Assembly: GCA_021163105.1 (NCBI GenBank)
Contig: JAGGXJ010000074.1
Location: forward strand, 520-64,519
Source: Syntrophobacterales bacterium
GTDB taxonomy: Bacteria > Desulfobacterota > Syntrophia > Syntrophales > UBA2210
Reading direction: 5' to 3'
Length of the DNA stretch: 64,000 nt
Within the stretch, counting starts at the first letter, position 1. Each line of letters starts with the position of its first letter. A program made the position numbers and the translations under genes. The notes beneath the pieces were generated by a model that did no database searches, was not told the origin of the DNA, and saw nothing but the letters and a program-made list of their open reading frames with translations. Shown in pieces: positions 18,155 through 29,702 of this stretch.

Positions 18155-18634
18155 ATGAATCCTTCAAGTCTATCATATCGCGAAAAGATAATAGAGCTGG
18201 TTGAACCGGTCATTGAATCTGAGAAGATGGAACTTGTCGACGTCGAGTGCCCCAAGGGGAAAACCCGCTGGATGGTCAGGATTTATATAGACAAAGAAGG
18301 TGGGGTAAGCCTTGATGATTGCGCCATGATAAGCGGTGAAGTTGGTGACCTTCTCGATGTAAATGAGATCCCTCCCGGTTCTTACTCTCTTGAAATATCA
18401 TCACCGGGCCTTGACCGTCCACTTGCCAGGGATAAAGATTTCATAAGGTACGCGGGACAGATAATCAAGATTCGCGTTGCCGAAAAGATAGAGGGGAAAA
18501 AGAATCTCAAGGGCAGGCTGGTGGAGCTTATCGAAAAAGAAGGAGAGAAGATCGTCGTTATAAACGTGGAGGGAAAAGTTTATAACATACCGCGCAGTAT
18601 GATAGTAAAGACAAATCTTCAATATGAATTTTAG
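18155..18634 (+). CDS. rimP: ribosome maturation factor RimP
   Basis: MNPSSLSYREKIIELVEPV...SLEISSPGLDRPL. The track ORF (18035) runs through the tRNA, so I use the in-frame ATG at 18155. Confidence 0.9.
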   Translation: MNPSSLSYREKIIELVEPVIESEKMELVDVECPKGKTRWMVRIYIDKEGGVSLDDCAMISGEVGDLLDVNEIPPGSYSLEISSPGLDRPLARDKDFIRYAGQIIKIRVAEKIEGKKNLKGRLVELIEKEGEKIVVINVEGKVYNIPRSMIVKTNLQYEF

Positions 18635-18651
18635 CTCGGAGGGTTAGTAGT

Positions 18652-19920
18652 ATGTTGCCAGATCTTAAACGTCTCATCGACCAGATGGGAAAAGAAAAGG
18701 GCATAGACAAGGAAATAATAATAGACGCGCTGGAAACGGCTGTTCTAACCGCTGCAAGGAAGAAGCTTGGATTAGACCTGGACCTTGAAGTGAATTACAA
18801 CGAGGAAGCGGGGGAGATAGAGTCCTTTCTATTCAAGACAGTGGTGGAACATGTCCTGAATCCCGATATGCAGATATCCATGAAAGAGGCTCGTGAAACC
18901 ATGGATGAAGATGCGGAGCTGGGAGACAGTCTCGGGATAAAGATAGAGACGGATACATTTGGCAGGATTGCCGTTCAGACAGCCAAACAAATTATAATCC
19001 AGAAGGTCAAGGATGCCGAGCGTAACAATATCTATGAGGAATACAAAGACAGAAAGGGCGACCTTCTCAATGGCTTCGTGCAAAGATTTGAGGGGGGAAG
19101 CATAATCGTGAGTCTCGGTATGTCGGAGGGGGTCATTCCTTCTTCTGAGCAGATAAAGAGGGAATCGTTCAGGAGAGGGGAAAGAATAAGGGCATACATA
19201 TATGACGTAAAAAGGGTGTCCAAAGGCCCCCAGATACTGTTATCCAGAACACATCCCGGTTTTATCAGGACACTCTTTGAAATGGAAGTTCCTGAAATAT
19301 CAGAAGGTCTGATAGATATTGTCAATATAGCAAGGGAACCGGGAAACAGGACCAAGATTTCTGTAAAATCCGTGGATAAGGACATTGATCCCGTCGGAGC
19401 GTGTGTGGGGATGAGAGGATCGAGAGTGCAGGGTGTTGTGCAGGAGCTTCGAGGAGAAAAGATAGATATTGTTCCCTGCTCCGATGATCCTGTGAGGTAT
19501 GTATGCAACGCCCTGTCTCCGGCCAAGGTTGACAGGGTGTATATGGATGAAGATGCAAGGACTATGGAGGTCATCGTGCCGGATGACCAGCTTTCCCTGG
19601 CTATTGGCAGGGCCGGTCAAAATGTCCGGCTGGCCGCCAAGCTTACCGGCTGGAGAATTGATGTCAAAAATGAAGCCGGCGTGGCAAAAGAAGAAGAGGC
19701 AGGATACGGGTCTCTCATGAAGATCACCGGAATTGGTGAGCGTACAGCCAATCTTCTCTATGAAGAGGGATTTAAGGATGTCGCGATGGTAGCTTCGGCA
19801 GAGCCCGAGGCATTGAGTTCCATAAAGGGGATCAGCCAGAAGAAGGCTATCACCTGGATTGAAGAAGCAAAGAAAATTATTGATAACGAAGGCAGCGAAG
19901 ATCTGTCTGAAGACATTTAA
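18652..19920 (+). CDS. nusA: transcription termination/antitermination factor NusA
   Basis: 422 aa with an N-terminal domain, S1, two KH domains ([23 protein letters not shown]) and a C-terminal HhH. Confidence 0.95.
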   Translation: MLPDLKRLIDQMGKEKGIDKEIIIDALETAVLTAARKKLGLDLDLEVNYNEEAGEIESFLFKTVVEHVLNPDMQISMKEARETMDEDAELGDSLGIKIETDTFGRIAVQTAKQIIIQKVKDAERNNIYEEYKDRKGDLLNGFVQRFEGGSIIVSLGMSEGVIPSSEQIKRESFRRGERIRAYIYDVKRVSKGPQILLSRTHPGFIRTLFEMEVPEISEGLIDIVNIAREPGNRTKISVKSVDKDIDPVGACVGMRGSRVQGVVQELRGEKIDIVPCSDDPVRYVCNALSPAKVDRVYMDEDARTMEVIVPDDQLSLAIGRAGQNVRLAAKLTGWRIDVKNEAGVAKEEEAGYGSLMKITGIGERTANLLYEEGFKDVAMVASAEPEALSSIKGISQKKAITWIEEAKKIIDNEGSEDLSEDI

Positions 19921-19964
19921 AAACGGTTCGTGCGCTACCGGCGAGGCAATCAGGAGTTCTAATA

Positions 19965-22463
19965 ATGTCCAAAATAAGAGTCTACGAATTGGCGAAAGAT
20001 CTCGGTATAGACAATAAAGATCTTATCGCGCGATTAGAGAAACTCGGAATAGCCGTCAAAGCCCATTCCAGTTCTCTTGAAGAGAGTGATGTCGAAAGAG
20101 TGCGAAAAGAGTTCGCACTGGGCGAGAAAAACACAATCGTAGAAAAAAGGGTCAAGAAAACGGTTATCAGGAGAAGAGCAATCCGGCAAGAGGTCCCGAA
20201 AACAGAGGAAACTTCTGATGAACTTCAACCTGAAGCAATACCGGAGGAGGCGATAAAAGAAACAAAAGAAGAGTTGGCCGAGATCCCGGAAAAGAAAATA
20301 CCTGTTGAGAAATCTATCCCGGAAGAGAAAACAATCAGGAAAGAGATTCCGGTAGAAGAAAAGGGGAAAGAGAAAAAGAAAGAGAAGGGCGCAAAACCGG
20401 AAACAAAACCACAGAAAGCAAAAATAATTCGCAAAGCCGTAAAAGAGGAACCGAAAAAAATACCTCCGGAAAAAGAGAAATCTCCAGAACCGGAACCTCC
20501 GAAAGACAAATTCGCACATAGGGCAAAAAAACCTGTCAAGGTGGTTGTGGATAAAGAATGGCAATCTAAAAAAACCTTCGTCAAGCAACAACAATTCGAT
20601 AAAAAAAGGAAACGGACCAAAAGGAAGAGAGGCGCAGAAGAGTTCCGGAACTGGAAAGAGGAAAAAACCATAACTTCCGAGATAAAGGCAACTGAAATTA
20701 CGACTCCAAAGGCGATAAAGAGAAGGATAAAAATAGAAGAAGCTATAAAGATAGGCGACCTTGCAAAGAAAATGGGTATTAAGGCGGGGGAATTGATTAG
20801 TAAGCTTGTTTCGTTAGACATGATGGTTACGATCAATCAGTCCATAGATGTCGATGCCGCGACTCTTGTCGCCGGTGAGTTTGGATATCAGGTGGAATCT
20901 GTCGGGACAGAGTATGAAGATATCATGTACAGGGAGAAATCCTTGTCCAAGAACCTCAAGCCGAGAGCTCCAGTGGTAACTATTATGGGTCATGTTGATC
21001 ATGGCAAGACCTCTCTCCTGGATGTTATAAGACAGACGAATGTTATAGATGGAGAGTCCGGTGGAATAACCCAGGCTATAGGGGCATACCATGTGCGTAT
21101 AAACGAAAAAGATATTGTGTTCCTTGATACACCGGGGCATGAGGCCTTCACCGCAATGAGGGCAAGAGGGGCTCAGGTAACCGATATCGTGGTGCTTGTG
21201 GTTGCTGCTGACGATGGTGTTATGGATCAGACGATTGAAGCAATCAATCATTCCCGTGCCGCCGGTGTTCCCATTATAATAGCAGTCAACAAGATTGACA
21301 AAGCAAACGCCGATCCCGACAGGATAAAACAACAACTCGCGGAATTTGACCTTGTTCCCGAAGCGTGGGGAGGGGATACCATATATGCGGAGGTTTCGGC
21401 GAAACAAAAAAAAGGTATAGAAGAGTTGATGGAATTGATCCTCCTCCAGGCGGATATCATGGAGCTTAAGGCTGATCCGGACAGGCTGGCTCAGGGAGTT
21501 GTTGTCGAGGCGAGACTTGACAAAGGGAGAGGCCCTGTGGCTACTGTCATCGTTCAGGAGGGTACCCTGAAAGAAGGGGATGCTATTGTTTCCAGGATGG
21601 AGTATGGCAGGGTACGAGCCATGGTCAACGACAAGGGACGCCGGGAAAAGGAAGCCGGGCCTTCAATGCCGGTAGAAGTTGTGGGCTTCTCCAGCGTGCC
21701 GCATGCCGGAATGGATTTTGTGTGTGTCGAAGACGACAAAAAGGCGCGGTCCATAGGTGAGCACTGGTTGAGAAAAGAACGGGAAAAAGAGCTTTCCAAG
21801 ACTTCAAAGATTACACTTGAGCAACTGTATGAGAGGATTAAGGAGGGGACCAAAGAACTGAATGTTGTCGTCAAAGCGGATGTTCAGGGGTCGGTGGAGG
21901 CACTTTCGGAAGCTCTCTTCAAACTCAGCACAGATGATATAAAGTTGAATCTGGTACACGGTTCCGCGGGCGCGATCACTGAAACAGACATCATGCTGGC
22001 GTCGGCGTCTGATGCGATAGTAATAGGTTTTAAGGTCAGACCTGACGCGAGGGTTTCGGAAATTATCGAGAAGGAAGGCGTCGACGTAAAGCTTTACGAT
22101 GTCATATATGATGCTATTTCGGATGTAAAAAATGCCATGGAAGGCTTGCTTGAACCCATTTATGAAGAGGTTGTTCAGGGACGGGCGGAGGTTCTTCAGG
22201 TATTCAAGGTGTCAAAAATCGGCACCATCGCGGGAAGCCGCGTGACTGATGGCAAACTAACCAGAAACGCCAGACTGAGGTTATTGAGAGACGGGGTGGT
22301 TATTCATGACGGCAGCTTCCTGTCGCTCAAGAGATTTAAGGACGATGCAAAGGAAGTACTTTCCGGTTTCGAATGCGGTATCGGAATAGAAAACTTTAAT
22401 GATATCAAGGAAGGGGATATCATCGAGGCGTATACAAAGGAAGAGATAGCCCGGAAGTTATAG
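19965..22463 (+). CDS. infB: translation initiation factor IF-2
   Basis: 832 aa with a K/E-rich N-terminal region and the GTPase core [29 protein letters not shown]. Confidence 0.95.
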   Translation: MSKIRVYELAKDLGIDNKDLIARLEKLGIAVKAHSSSLEESDVERVRKEFALGEKNTIVEKRVKKTVIRRRAIRQEVPKTEETSDELQPEAIPEEAIKETKEELAEIPEKKIPVEKSIPEEKTIRKEIPVEEKGKEKKKEKGAKPETKPQKAKIIRKAVKEEPKKIPPEKEKSPEPEPPKDKFAHRAKKPVKVVVDKEWQSKKTFVKQQQFDKKRKRTKRKRGAEEFRNWKEEKTITSEIKATEITTPKAIKRRIKIEEAIKIGDLAKKMGIKAGELISKLVSLDMMVTINQSIDVDAATLVAGEFGYQVESVGTEYEDIMYREKSLSKNLKPRAPVVTIMGHVDHGKTSLLDVIRQTNVIDGESGGITQAIGAYHVRINEKDIVFLDTPGHEAFTAMRARGAQVTDIVVLVVAADDGVMDQTIEAINHSRAAGVPIIIAVNKIDKANADPDRIKQQLAEFDLVPEAWGGDTIYAEVSAKQKKGIEELMELILLQADIMELKADPDRLAQGVVVEARLDKGRGPVATVIVQEGTLKEGDAIVSRMEYGRVRAMVNDKGRREKEAGPSMPVEVVGFSSVPHAGMDFVCVEDDKKARSIGEHWLRKEREKELSKTSKITLEQLYERIKEGTKELNVVVKADVQGSVEALSEALFKLSTDDIKLNLVHGSAGAITETDIMLASASDAIVIGFKVRPDARVSEIIEKEGVDVKLYDVIYDAISDVKNAMEGLLEPIYEEVVQGRAEVLQVFKVSKIGTIAGSRVTDGKLTRNARLRLLRDGVVIHDGSFLSLKRFKDDAKEVLSGFECGIGIENFNDIKEGDIIEAYTKEEIARKL

Positions 22464-22532
22464 GGGGCAAGACGGTTCAACTGCGAATCGTCTTTAACTG
22501 TAAACTGTAAACCGTTTTTAGGGATAGATCAG

Positions 22533-22880
22533 ATGAGTTTCAAGAGGGCTGATAAGGTTGCCGATCTCATAAGGGCTGAGATTTCGGATATTCTATTGAG
22601 GCAGATAAACGATCCGCAGGTAAGAGAAATAACGGTCACCGGCGTTAAGGTGACGGATGATCTTCACCAGGCAAAGGTCTTTTTTGTCCGGATGGGAGAA
22701 AATGCCTGCGGTGAAGAGACAATGAAAGGCCTGCACAGGGCTGTCGGTTTTCTGAGAAGAGAATTGGGGAAAAGATTGCAGCTTCGTTATGTCCCTGAAA
22801 TAAATTTTATATTTGATGAGTCATTCGAATATGGAGATCGTATTGACAGATTGTTGGCGGAAATAAAAAAAGATGTTTGA
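22533..22880 (+). CDS. rbfA: ribosome-binding factor A
   Basis: 115 aa: RADKVADLIRAEISDIL...LRYVPEINFIFD. Confidence 0.9.
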   Translation: MSFKRADKVADLIRAEISDILLRQINDPQVREITVTGVKVTDDLHQAKVFFVRMGENACGEETMKGLHRAVGFLRRELGKRLQLRYVPEINFIFDESFEYGDRIDRLLAEIKKDV

Positions 22881-23835
22881 TGAAGTTATTGAAGTTATAA
22901 ATTCCTGCTCCACCTTTCTCATAACCTCCCATGCAAGACCGGATGGAGATGCCCTGGGGTCTGAGCTGGCCATATATCATATGTTGCGAGACATGGGAAA
23001 GGATGTCGTCGTTTATAACCAGGACAAGACACCCGCCGTGTATGAGTTTCTCCCCGGCTCGAAAGATATGATACACTTTTTGGATTCTGTGGACGGGTTT
23101 GAAGCGGTTTTTGTCCTGGATTGCAGTGATATTGAAAGGGTCGGAGATGAAAAGGACAAGATCGGTTCCATAGAGAAAATTATCAATATCGATCATCATG
23201 CCTCCGTCGGCACATTTTCGGAGATACTGCTGGTTGATTCCACGGCGAGTTCCACGGGAGAGATAATCCACCGTCTTATGAAAAACATGGGGGTCACGAT
23301 AACCGAAGACATCGCCACGAATATATATACCGCTATCATGACAGACACCGGCAGTTTCCGCTATTCCAATACGGGAATCGATACCTTCAGGGCAGTGGCC
23401 GATCTGGTAGAAAAAGGGGCGGATTCCAGGCAGATAGCGAAAAACATTTATGAAACCAAACCCGCGGTTCAAATCCGGCTGATGGGAAAAGCACTGGATA
23501 CCTTGGAATTCTATGAAGGCGGGAGGGTAGGTTCTATCTATGTCACACAGAAAATGCTCCAGAATGAAGGCGCGCTATCAGAACATACAGAGGGTTTTGT
23601 GGATATAGTCCGTTCGATAGACGGCATTGAGATCGCAATATTTTATTATGAGTCTTCCAAAGACCTGTTTAAGATAAGCCTGCGATCAAAGGAAACGGTA
23701 GATGTGGAGAAGATTGCGGGCAAATTGGGAGGAGGAGGACATGTGAATGCCTCCGCCTGCAGAGTTGAAGGAAGCCTTAAAGCAGTAAAGGAGAAAGTAC
23801 TCGGCGCGATAAGAACGGTGTGTAACACTTTGTAA
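22873..23835 (+). CDS. DHH-family phosphoesterase (NrnA-like oligoribonuclease/pAp phosphatase)
   Basis: 320 aa with SHARPDGDALGS, DHH (NIDHHAS) and the DHHA1 GGGH motif. It overlaps rbfA by 8 nt. Confidence 0.85.
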   Translation: MFDEVIEVINSCSTFLITSHARPDGDALGSELAIYHMLRDMGKDVVVYNQDKTPAVYEFLPGSKDMIHFLDSVDGFEAVFVLDCSDIERVGDEKDKIGSIEKIINIDHHASVGTFSEILLVDSTASSTGEIIHRLMKNMGVTITEDIATNIYTAIMTDTGSFRYSNTGIDTFRAVADLVEKGADSRQIAKNIYETKPAVQIRLMGKALDTLEFYEGGRVGSIYVTQKMLQNEGALSEHTEGFVDIVRSIDGIEIAIFYYESSKDLFKISLRSKETVDVEKIAGKLGGGGHVNASACRVEGSLKAVKEKVLGAIRTVCNTL

Positions 23836-23913
23836 AAATAGATTTGACAAGATGAAAATGACCCTGAAGATCCAGTTAATCCTGTCAACTTTTGAAGATA
23901 TGAAGCTTGTAAT

Positions 23914-24843
23914 ATGAATGGAGTGTTGATCATTGACAAACCGTCCGGCAGGACATCGTATGATATTGTCCGCGATGTTAAAAGATTGTTAGGGACGAAA
24001 AAAGTCGGTCACGCGGGAACGCTTGATCCACTGGCAACGGGTGTACTCACTATTTGCGTAAATGAGGCTACCAAGCTCGCGCGGTTTTTTTCGAATGATG
24101 ATAAGGACTATCGTGCCACAATGCTTATGGGTGTCAGAACGGATACCCTTGATATAGAGGGTAAGGTGATAGAACGTTGCGAACCTCATCTTCAGGCAGA
24201 AGCAATAAAAGATGTGGTGGAGAGCTTTGCCGGTCGGATAGAACAGAAAGCCCCTAAGTATTCTGCCATCAAGTTTAAGGGCAAACCTCTCTACAAATGG
24301 ACAAGACAGGGGGTTGATATTGAACCTCCACTGAGGAGAGTTGAATTATACCGTATAAATGTAGAAGAGATAAAACTCCCCTACGTGACTTTTACGGTTT
24401 CCTGCTCTAAAGGCACCTATATAAGGTCACTGTGCGCCGATATCGGGAGCAGACTGGGATGCGGCGCCTGTCTGACCAGTCTCAGGCGGACGAGAAGCGG
24501 CGGCTTCAGTGAGAAAGATGCCATATCACTTGAGAATATAGCCGACGGGGGAAAAGATGGAGTACTCGAAAAAAATCTTATCCCCATAGCGGACGCGCTG
24601 CCCGGCATCTGCGATATTTCTGTTGATCAGGATACAGTAGACAGGATAAGAAAAGGATATCAGCCCGATCAGGACATCCTGAATGGTAAAGACATTCATT
24701 TACCGGAGAGAGGGGCTCTGGTAAAATTCGTGACGAAAGACGGTACGCTCATCGCTGTTGCGAAAATGCTTTTCTCTCCGGAGGAAATTTTCCTGTTGAG
24801 TGATAAAGAACGAATAGTTAAGATTTTAAGAGTATTCAATTAA
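23914..24843 (+). CDS. truB: tRNA pseudouridine(55) synthase
   Basis: 309 aa: GVLIIDKPSGRTSYD, HAGTLDPLATGVL. Confidence 0.95.
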   Translation: MNGVLIIDKPSGRTSYDIVRDVKRLLGTKKVGHAGTLDPLATGVLTICVNEATKLARFFSNDDKDYRATMLMGVRTDTLDIEGKVIERCEPHLQAEAIKDVVESFAGRIEQKAPKYSAIKFKGKPLYKWTRQGVDIEPPLRRVELYRINVEEIKLPYVTFTVSCSKGTYIRSLCADIGSRLGCGACLTSLRRTRSGGFSEKDAISLENIADGGKDGVLEKNLIPIADALPGICDISVDQDTVDRIRKGYQPDQDILNGKDIHLPERGALVKFVTKDGTLIAVAKMLFSPEEIFLLSDKERIVKILRVFN

Positions 24844-24881
24844 AAAAAACGACATAAATGCATAAGGGAGGATAAGTAACA

Positions 24882-25148
24882 GTGTTAGATGAAGAAAAAA
24901 AGAAGGAGATAATAACTGATTTCCAGACCCATGAGGGTGATACGGGATCTCCGGAAGTTCAAGTCGCGCTTATGAGTGGAAGGATAGAGTATCTTACAGA
25001 GCACTTCAAAACCCACAAGAAGGACCATCATTCCCGAAGGGGACTTCTGAAACTTGTCGGGCAGAGAAGAAACATGCTCGATTATCTTAAGAAAAAAGAT
25101 ATAGAAAGATACCGGAAGCTTATTAAGCGTCTCGGGCTGAGAAGATAA
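24882..25148 (+). CDS. rpsO: 30S ribosomal protein S15
   Basis: 88 aa: [41 protein letters not shown] start. Confidence 0.95.
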   Translation: MLDEEKKKEIITDFQTHEGDTGSPEVQVALMSGRIEYLTEHFKTHKKDHHSRRGLLKLVGQRRNMLDYLKKKDIERYRKLIKRLGLRR

Positions 25149-25350
25149 CTAAACAACTACTCGGGTTATTCAGGTTCAGGGTTTACGGTTCACAGTCTGG
25201 AAACAATAAAGATCCAGCGGATCAATGTTTGGAAAGTTGACCCTGTCTGTCCCTGCGCGGGCAGACGCAAATTGGTGTGAAGGGTGTACAAAAACCGATT
25301 TCCCCGAAATAACCTTGAACTTTGAGTAAACTACATAAAGGAGTACTAAT

Positions 25351-27459
25351 ATGAGCGAAGTATTTAAAACGACTTTTGCGGGGAGAGATATATCTGTAAA
25401 GACAAATTACCTCGCTGGTCAGGCGGATGGTTCCGCTGTGGTTACATATGGCGATACAGTTGTTCTCGTAACGGCGGTATCCCTCAAGACCAAAAGAGAA
25501 GGACTGGATTTTCTACCCCTGACTGTAGACTATCAGGAAAAGACCTTTGCCGCGGGCAAAATCCCCGGCGGATTTTTCAAGAGAGAGGGGCGTCTGAACG
25601 AGAAGGAAATCCTTACATCGAGAATTATTGACAGGTCTATACGTCCACTTTTCCCCGAGGGGTATTTTTATGAAATCCAGGTAATCGCAACGGTGCTTTC
25701 AGTGGATGATGAAAATGACTCTGACGTAGCGGCCATGCTTGGAACCTCCGTGGCTCTTGGTATATCCGATATACCATTCAAGGGGCCTATCGCGGGAGTG
25801 AGAGTGGGAAGACTTGGCGAAAAGCTGATTTGCAACCCTTCCGCAGAAGAAATGGGTGAGAGCGATCTGGATCTGTTCCTCGTTGGAAGAAAAGTGCCTT
25901 CTGCTGACGGAAAAAGAGACTTCGATGTCAATCTCATCATGCTGGAGGGAGGAGCCCGGGAAATCCCTGAGGATGAAATACTTAATGCCATCAGTTTCGG
26001 GTTGGAATCAATGAGGCCATCCATCGAACTTCAGGACAATATCTGCCAGGCTGTTGGCAAAACAAAGAGGGAATTTGAACTGATTGAGATTAAAGATGAA
26101 CTGAGAAAAGAGGTCAAAGATATCGCCTATGCCGGTTTGAAGGATGCCTATCTCGAGGGAAGAAAGCTGGAGAGATACGCGAAGATAGGTGAGATAAAGA
26201 AAAAGATGGTGGAAGAACTCAGCAGTACTGACACCGGGCTTGATCCTCAGGCAAAAACTGTCTTTGAAGAACTGGAGAGAGAAATCCTCCGGAACATGAT
26301 ACTGAAGGATAAACGAAGGATAGACGGCAGATCCAGCAGGGATATAAGAACGATTACTTCCGAGGTCGGCATCCTCCCGAGGACACATGGATCCGGACTG
26401 TTCACAAGAGGTGAAACCCAGGCTCTTGTTGCTCTTACACTGGGAACATCCTCGGATGAACAGAGACTGGATTTCATAGACGGGGAGGAAATGAGAACTT
26501 TCATGCTTCACTACAATTTTCCCCCATTCTCTGTGGGAGAGGCCAGATTCCTGAGAGGGCCCGGAAGGAGAGAGATCGGGCACGGAGCCCTTGCCAGGAG
26601 GGCATTGCTTCCCATCCTTCCGTCACATGAAGAATTTCCATATACCATCAGGCTTGTTTCCGAAGTATTGTCCTCGAATGGTTCATCTTCCATGGCAACA
26701 GTATGCGGAGGTTGTCTCGCGCTTATGGATGGCGGCGTTCCGGTCAAAGATACCGTTGCCGGCATCGCGATGGGGCTCTTGAAGGAAGGCGATGAAGTCG
26801 TGATCCTTTCGGATATTCTCGGTGATGAGGATCACGCGGGAGATATGGACTTTAAGGTGTGTGGCACGAAGAAGGGTATCACCGCTCTGCAGATGGATAT
26901 AAAAGTTGACAGGCTTGCGGAGGATATACTGAAAGATGCCCTTTATCAGGCCAGAGAGGGCAGAGAGTTCATTGTTGGCAAACTGAATGAAACTATGACC
27001 ACCCCGAGGGAAGACCTTTCCGCGTATGCCCCGAGGATCACCACTATGACGGTAAAGCAGGAGAAGATAAGAGACGTTATAGGCACCGGAGGAAAGAATA
27101 TCAGGCATATAATCAGCGAAACAGGTGTGTCGATGAACGTGGACGATGACGGCACAGTCACCATTGCCTCCAACGATGCACAGGCGTCGGAGAGAGCGGT
27201 TGCCATGGTCAAGGCGCTGACCGAAGAGCCTGAAATCGGCAGAATTTACGAAGGCACAGTGAAAAAGGTTCTCGACTTCGGAGCCTTTGTGGAGATTCTA
27301 CCCGGAACGGATGGGCTTGTGCACATATCCCAGTTAGACAACAAAAGGGTGGACAAAGTTACCGATGTGCTTAATGAAGGCGATACGGTTCGCGTCAAGG
27401 TTCTCGAGATTGACAGAAGTGGAAAGATAAGACTGAGCAGGAAGGATGCCCTTGAATAA
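25351..27459 (+). CDS. pnp: polyribonucleotide nucleotidyltransferase (PNPase)
   Basis: 702 aa with two RNase PH domains, KH (GGKNIRHI) and S1 (GTVKKVLDFGAFVEI). Confidence 0.95.
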   Translation: MSEVFKTTFAGRDISVKTNYLAGQADGSAVVTYGDTVVLVTAVSLKTKREGLDFLPLTVDYQEKTFAAGKIPGGFFKREGRLNEKEILTSRIIDRSIRPLFPEGYFYEIQVIATVLSVDDENDSDVAAMLGTSVALGISDIPFKGPIAGVRVGRLGEKLICNPSAEEMGESDLDLFLVGRKVPSADGKRDFDVNLIMLEGGAREIPEDEILNAISFGLESMRPSIELQDNICQAVGKTKREFELIEIKDELRKEVKDIAYAGLKDAYLEGRKLERYAKIGEIKKKMVEELSSTDTGLDPQAKTVFEELEREILRNMILKDKRRIDGRSSRDIRTITSEVGILPRTHGSGLFTRGETQALVALTLGTSSDEQRLDFIDGEEMRTFMLHYNFPPFSVGEARFLRGPGRREIGHGALARRALLPILPSHEEFPYTIRLVSEVLSSNGSSSMATVCGGCLALMDGGVPVKDTVAGIAMGLLKEGDEVVILSDILGDEDHAGDMDFKVCGTKKGITALQMDIKVDRLAEDILKDALYQAREGREFIVGKLNETMTTPREDLSAYAPRITTMTVKQEKIRDVIGTGGKNIRHIISETGVSMNVDDDGTVTIASNDAQASERAVAMVKALTEEPEIGRIYEGTVKKVLDFGAFVEILPGTDGLVHISQLDNKRVDKVTDVLNEGDTVRVKVLEIDRSGKIRLSRKDALE

Positions 27460-27898
27460 CGAAGTGGCAATTTCTGTTAAAAGGATGCATGGCAAGGATA
27501 TATCCCTTCCCCGCTATATGACGGAGAACTCGGCGGGGATGGATATATTCGCGGCGGTGGACAGTGAAGAAACACTGCTTCCCGGCGAGAGAAAATTGAT
27601 ACCCACGGGCATTGCCATCGCGCTGCCCCCCGGTTATGAAGCCCAGATAAGGCCAAGGAGCGGTCTGGCAGTGAAGGCCGGAGTCACCGTGCTGAACTCC
27701 CCCGGCACAATAGACGAAGACTATCGGGGAGAAGTAAAGATACTGATAATCAATCATGGGACAGCGCCGTTTGTTGTAAGGAGAGGGGACCGTATTGCCC
27801 AGATGGTTATTCACAGGGTATACAAGGTTTCATGGAACATGACCGATAACCTGGAGATAACAAAGCGGAGTGATGGAGGGTTCGGCCATACAGGATGA
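27446..27898 (+). CDS. dut: dUTP diphosphatase
   Basis: 150 aa: SAGMDI, RPRSGLA, GTIDEDYRGE, RSDGGFGHTG. It overlaps pnp by 14 nt. Confidence 0.9.
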   Translation: MPLNNEVAISVKRMHGKDISLPRYMTENSAGMDIFAAVDSEETLLPGERKLIPTGIAIALPPGYEAQIRPRSGLAVKAGVTVLNSPGTIDEDYRGEVKILIINHGTAPFVVRRGDRIAQMVIHRVYKVSWNMTDNLEITKRSDGGFGHTG

Positions 27899-27903
27899 GA
27901 CCA

Positions 27904-28021
27904 TTGCATAATGTCCCCTTTTGCCCAATTTCCACGTCAGGCTCAAATTTTAATCCTCGAAATATCCAATATATTCCTGTGGTTAAAATTTTCGCCTTCC
28001 TTGAACTTGAACAAATTTGAA
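27904..28021. repeat. dispersed intergenic repeat, copy A (inverted relative to 34441-34686)
   Basis: The reverse complement of 27904-27998 aligns with 34591-34685 at 82 of 95 positions (hand alignment). The flanking piece 28001-28021 matches 34441-34463. Confidence 0.8.
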
Positions 28022-28097
28022 TATTCTGCAATGGTCTCAGGATAAAAAATAATGATCCTCATATTTTTTGAGGAATCAGGTGGATTTGATGTCAGTA

Positions 28098-28130
28098 CCC
28101 CTGTCTGTCACAACAGCAGGGGTTTTTTAT
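28098..28130 (+). terminator. rho-independent terminator ending the nusA...pnp-dut transcription unit
   Basis: CCCCTGtCTGT-caca-ACAGCAGGGG followed by TTTTTTATT. Confidence 0.8.
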
Positions 28131-28190
28131 TGTCTTATTTACCGATTTAGTGTATTTCCTGATACTATACATGAGGGATGATGAATTTAA

Positions 28191-29366
28191 ATGAAGAAAC
28201 ACAAGGTAAATAAAACATATAGAGAAATAAATGAGAAGATAAAAGAAGGCAGAGCCGTAATTGTCACCGCGGAAGAGATTATAGATATTGTGGAGAAAAA
28301 GGGAGACATCGCGGCGGCCAGAGAGATAGATGTCGTAACTACCGGAACCTTCAGTCCCATGTGCTCATCGGGTGCATTTCTCAATTTCGGTCACACCTCT
28401 CCTAAGATAAGAGCCTCAAAAGTATGGCTCAACGATGTTTCCGCTTATGGCAGCATTGCCGCAGTGGATTGTTATATCGGAGCCACCGAGGTAGTTGAAG
28501 GAGATCCCCTCAACAGCATACATCCCGGCGAGTTTAATTACGGTGGAGGGCATGTAATAGAAGATCTCGTGGCGGGTAAGGTTATCCGCCTGCGCCTTGA
28601 ATCCTATGGCACCGATTGCTATCCCGCCCGGAAGCATGAAAAGAACGTTACGATACATGATCTCAGGGATGCTGTTCTTTTCAATCCCAGAAACGCCTAT
28701 CAGAATTACAATTGCGCGGTGAACATGTCCGACCGGACAATCTATACATATATGGGTGTGTTGAGACCCGATATGGCGAATGCGACCTATGCCACATCGG
28801 GACAATTAAGCCCTCTATTGAATGATCCTTATTTTAAAACCATCGGCATAGGCACAAGGATATTTTTAGGTGGCGCCCAGGGGTTTGTGGCCTGGCCCGG
28901 CACTCAGCACAATCCCGATGTGCTGAGAGGTAAGAACGGCGTCCCGAAAGAGGGGGCCGGAACGCTGGCAACGATAGGAGACCTGAAGGATATGAGCCCG
29001 GAGTGGCTTGTGGGGGCAAGTATGCTCGGTTATGGTGTATCCCTTTATGTGGGAATAGGAGTACCCATACCAATACTCAATGAAGAGATGATACGCTATA
29101 CCGCTGTCAGAGATCGAGATATATATGCGCAGGTTTACGACTATGGCGTTGATTATCCTAACGGAGTTTCGAAGAGTATCGGTGAAGTAAGCTATAAAGA
29201 GCTGAGAAGTGGTAAGATAAAACTCAACGGCAGGACTATACCTGCTTCACCCATGTCCAGCTATTATAAAGCAAGAGAAATCGCCGTCATACTTAAAGAC
29301 TGGATTGAGAAAGGAGAATTCCTTCTTGGTGAACCTCAGCAGCTTCTCCCTTCCAACGGTGATTGA
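28191..29366 (+). CDS. DUF39/COG1900-family protein (putative homocysteine biosynthesis, aspartate-semialdehyde sulfurtransferase-like)
   Basis: 391 aa. The N-terminus KTYREINEKIKEGRAVIVTAEE...DVVTTGTFSPMCSSGAFLNFGH is characteristic of the family. No CBS or ferredoxin extension. Confidence 0.7.
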   Translation: MKKHKVNKTYREINEKIKEGRAVIVTAEEIIDIVEKKGDIAAAREIDVVTTGTFSPMCSSGAFLNFGHTSPKIRASKVWLNDVSAYGSIAAVDCYIGATEVVEGDPLNSIHPGEFNYGGGHVIEDLVAGKVIRLRLESYGTDCYPARKHEKNVTIHDLRDAVLFNPRNAYQNYNCAVNMSDRTIYTYMGVLRPDMANATYATSGQLSPLLNDPYFKTIGIGTRIFLGGAQGFVAWPGTQHNPDVLRGKNGVPKEGAGTLATIGDLKDMSPEWLVGASMLGYGVSLYVGIGVPIPILNEEMIRYTAVRDRDIYAQVYDYGVDYPNGVSKSIGEVSYKELRSGKIKLNGRTIPASPMSSYYKAREIAVILKDWIEKGEFLLGEPQQLLPSNGD

Positions 29367-29702
29367 TAAACCATGGTCTGGCAAGCATACAGGAAAACAC
29401 CATTTTTACGGTGAAAATCACCACTTTTTGCTTGCACAAAAGAAAATAGATTTGATGTATGATGAACTAAAATCTTGTTATTTCAATTTGTTATAATTGG
29501 TACGCTGGCTAACGATAGTAAGTGCTATTATAAACGGGGGAGGATAATCCTCTTTATTATTAATGGGTTAGAGGCTATATGCCAAATATTTCCCCTGTTT
29601 CTGAGAATAATTGAACGTTTTCACAATGTTTATGGTTCGGTATGCATGGACTATAGCTCCAAATGGCATGTTTGTTGCTGATTTCTTACTGGGAGGCTCT
29701 GC

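Noticed and set aside
20034-20836. Long minus-strand ORFs (186 and 203 aa) inside the infB 5' region.
   Set aside because: They are antisense to the K/E-rich low-complexity part of IF-2. Their translations are F/L/R/S-rich nonsense, and the plus-strand frame is unambiguous.
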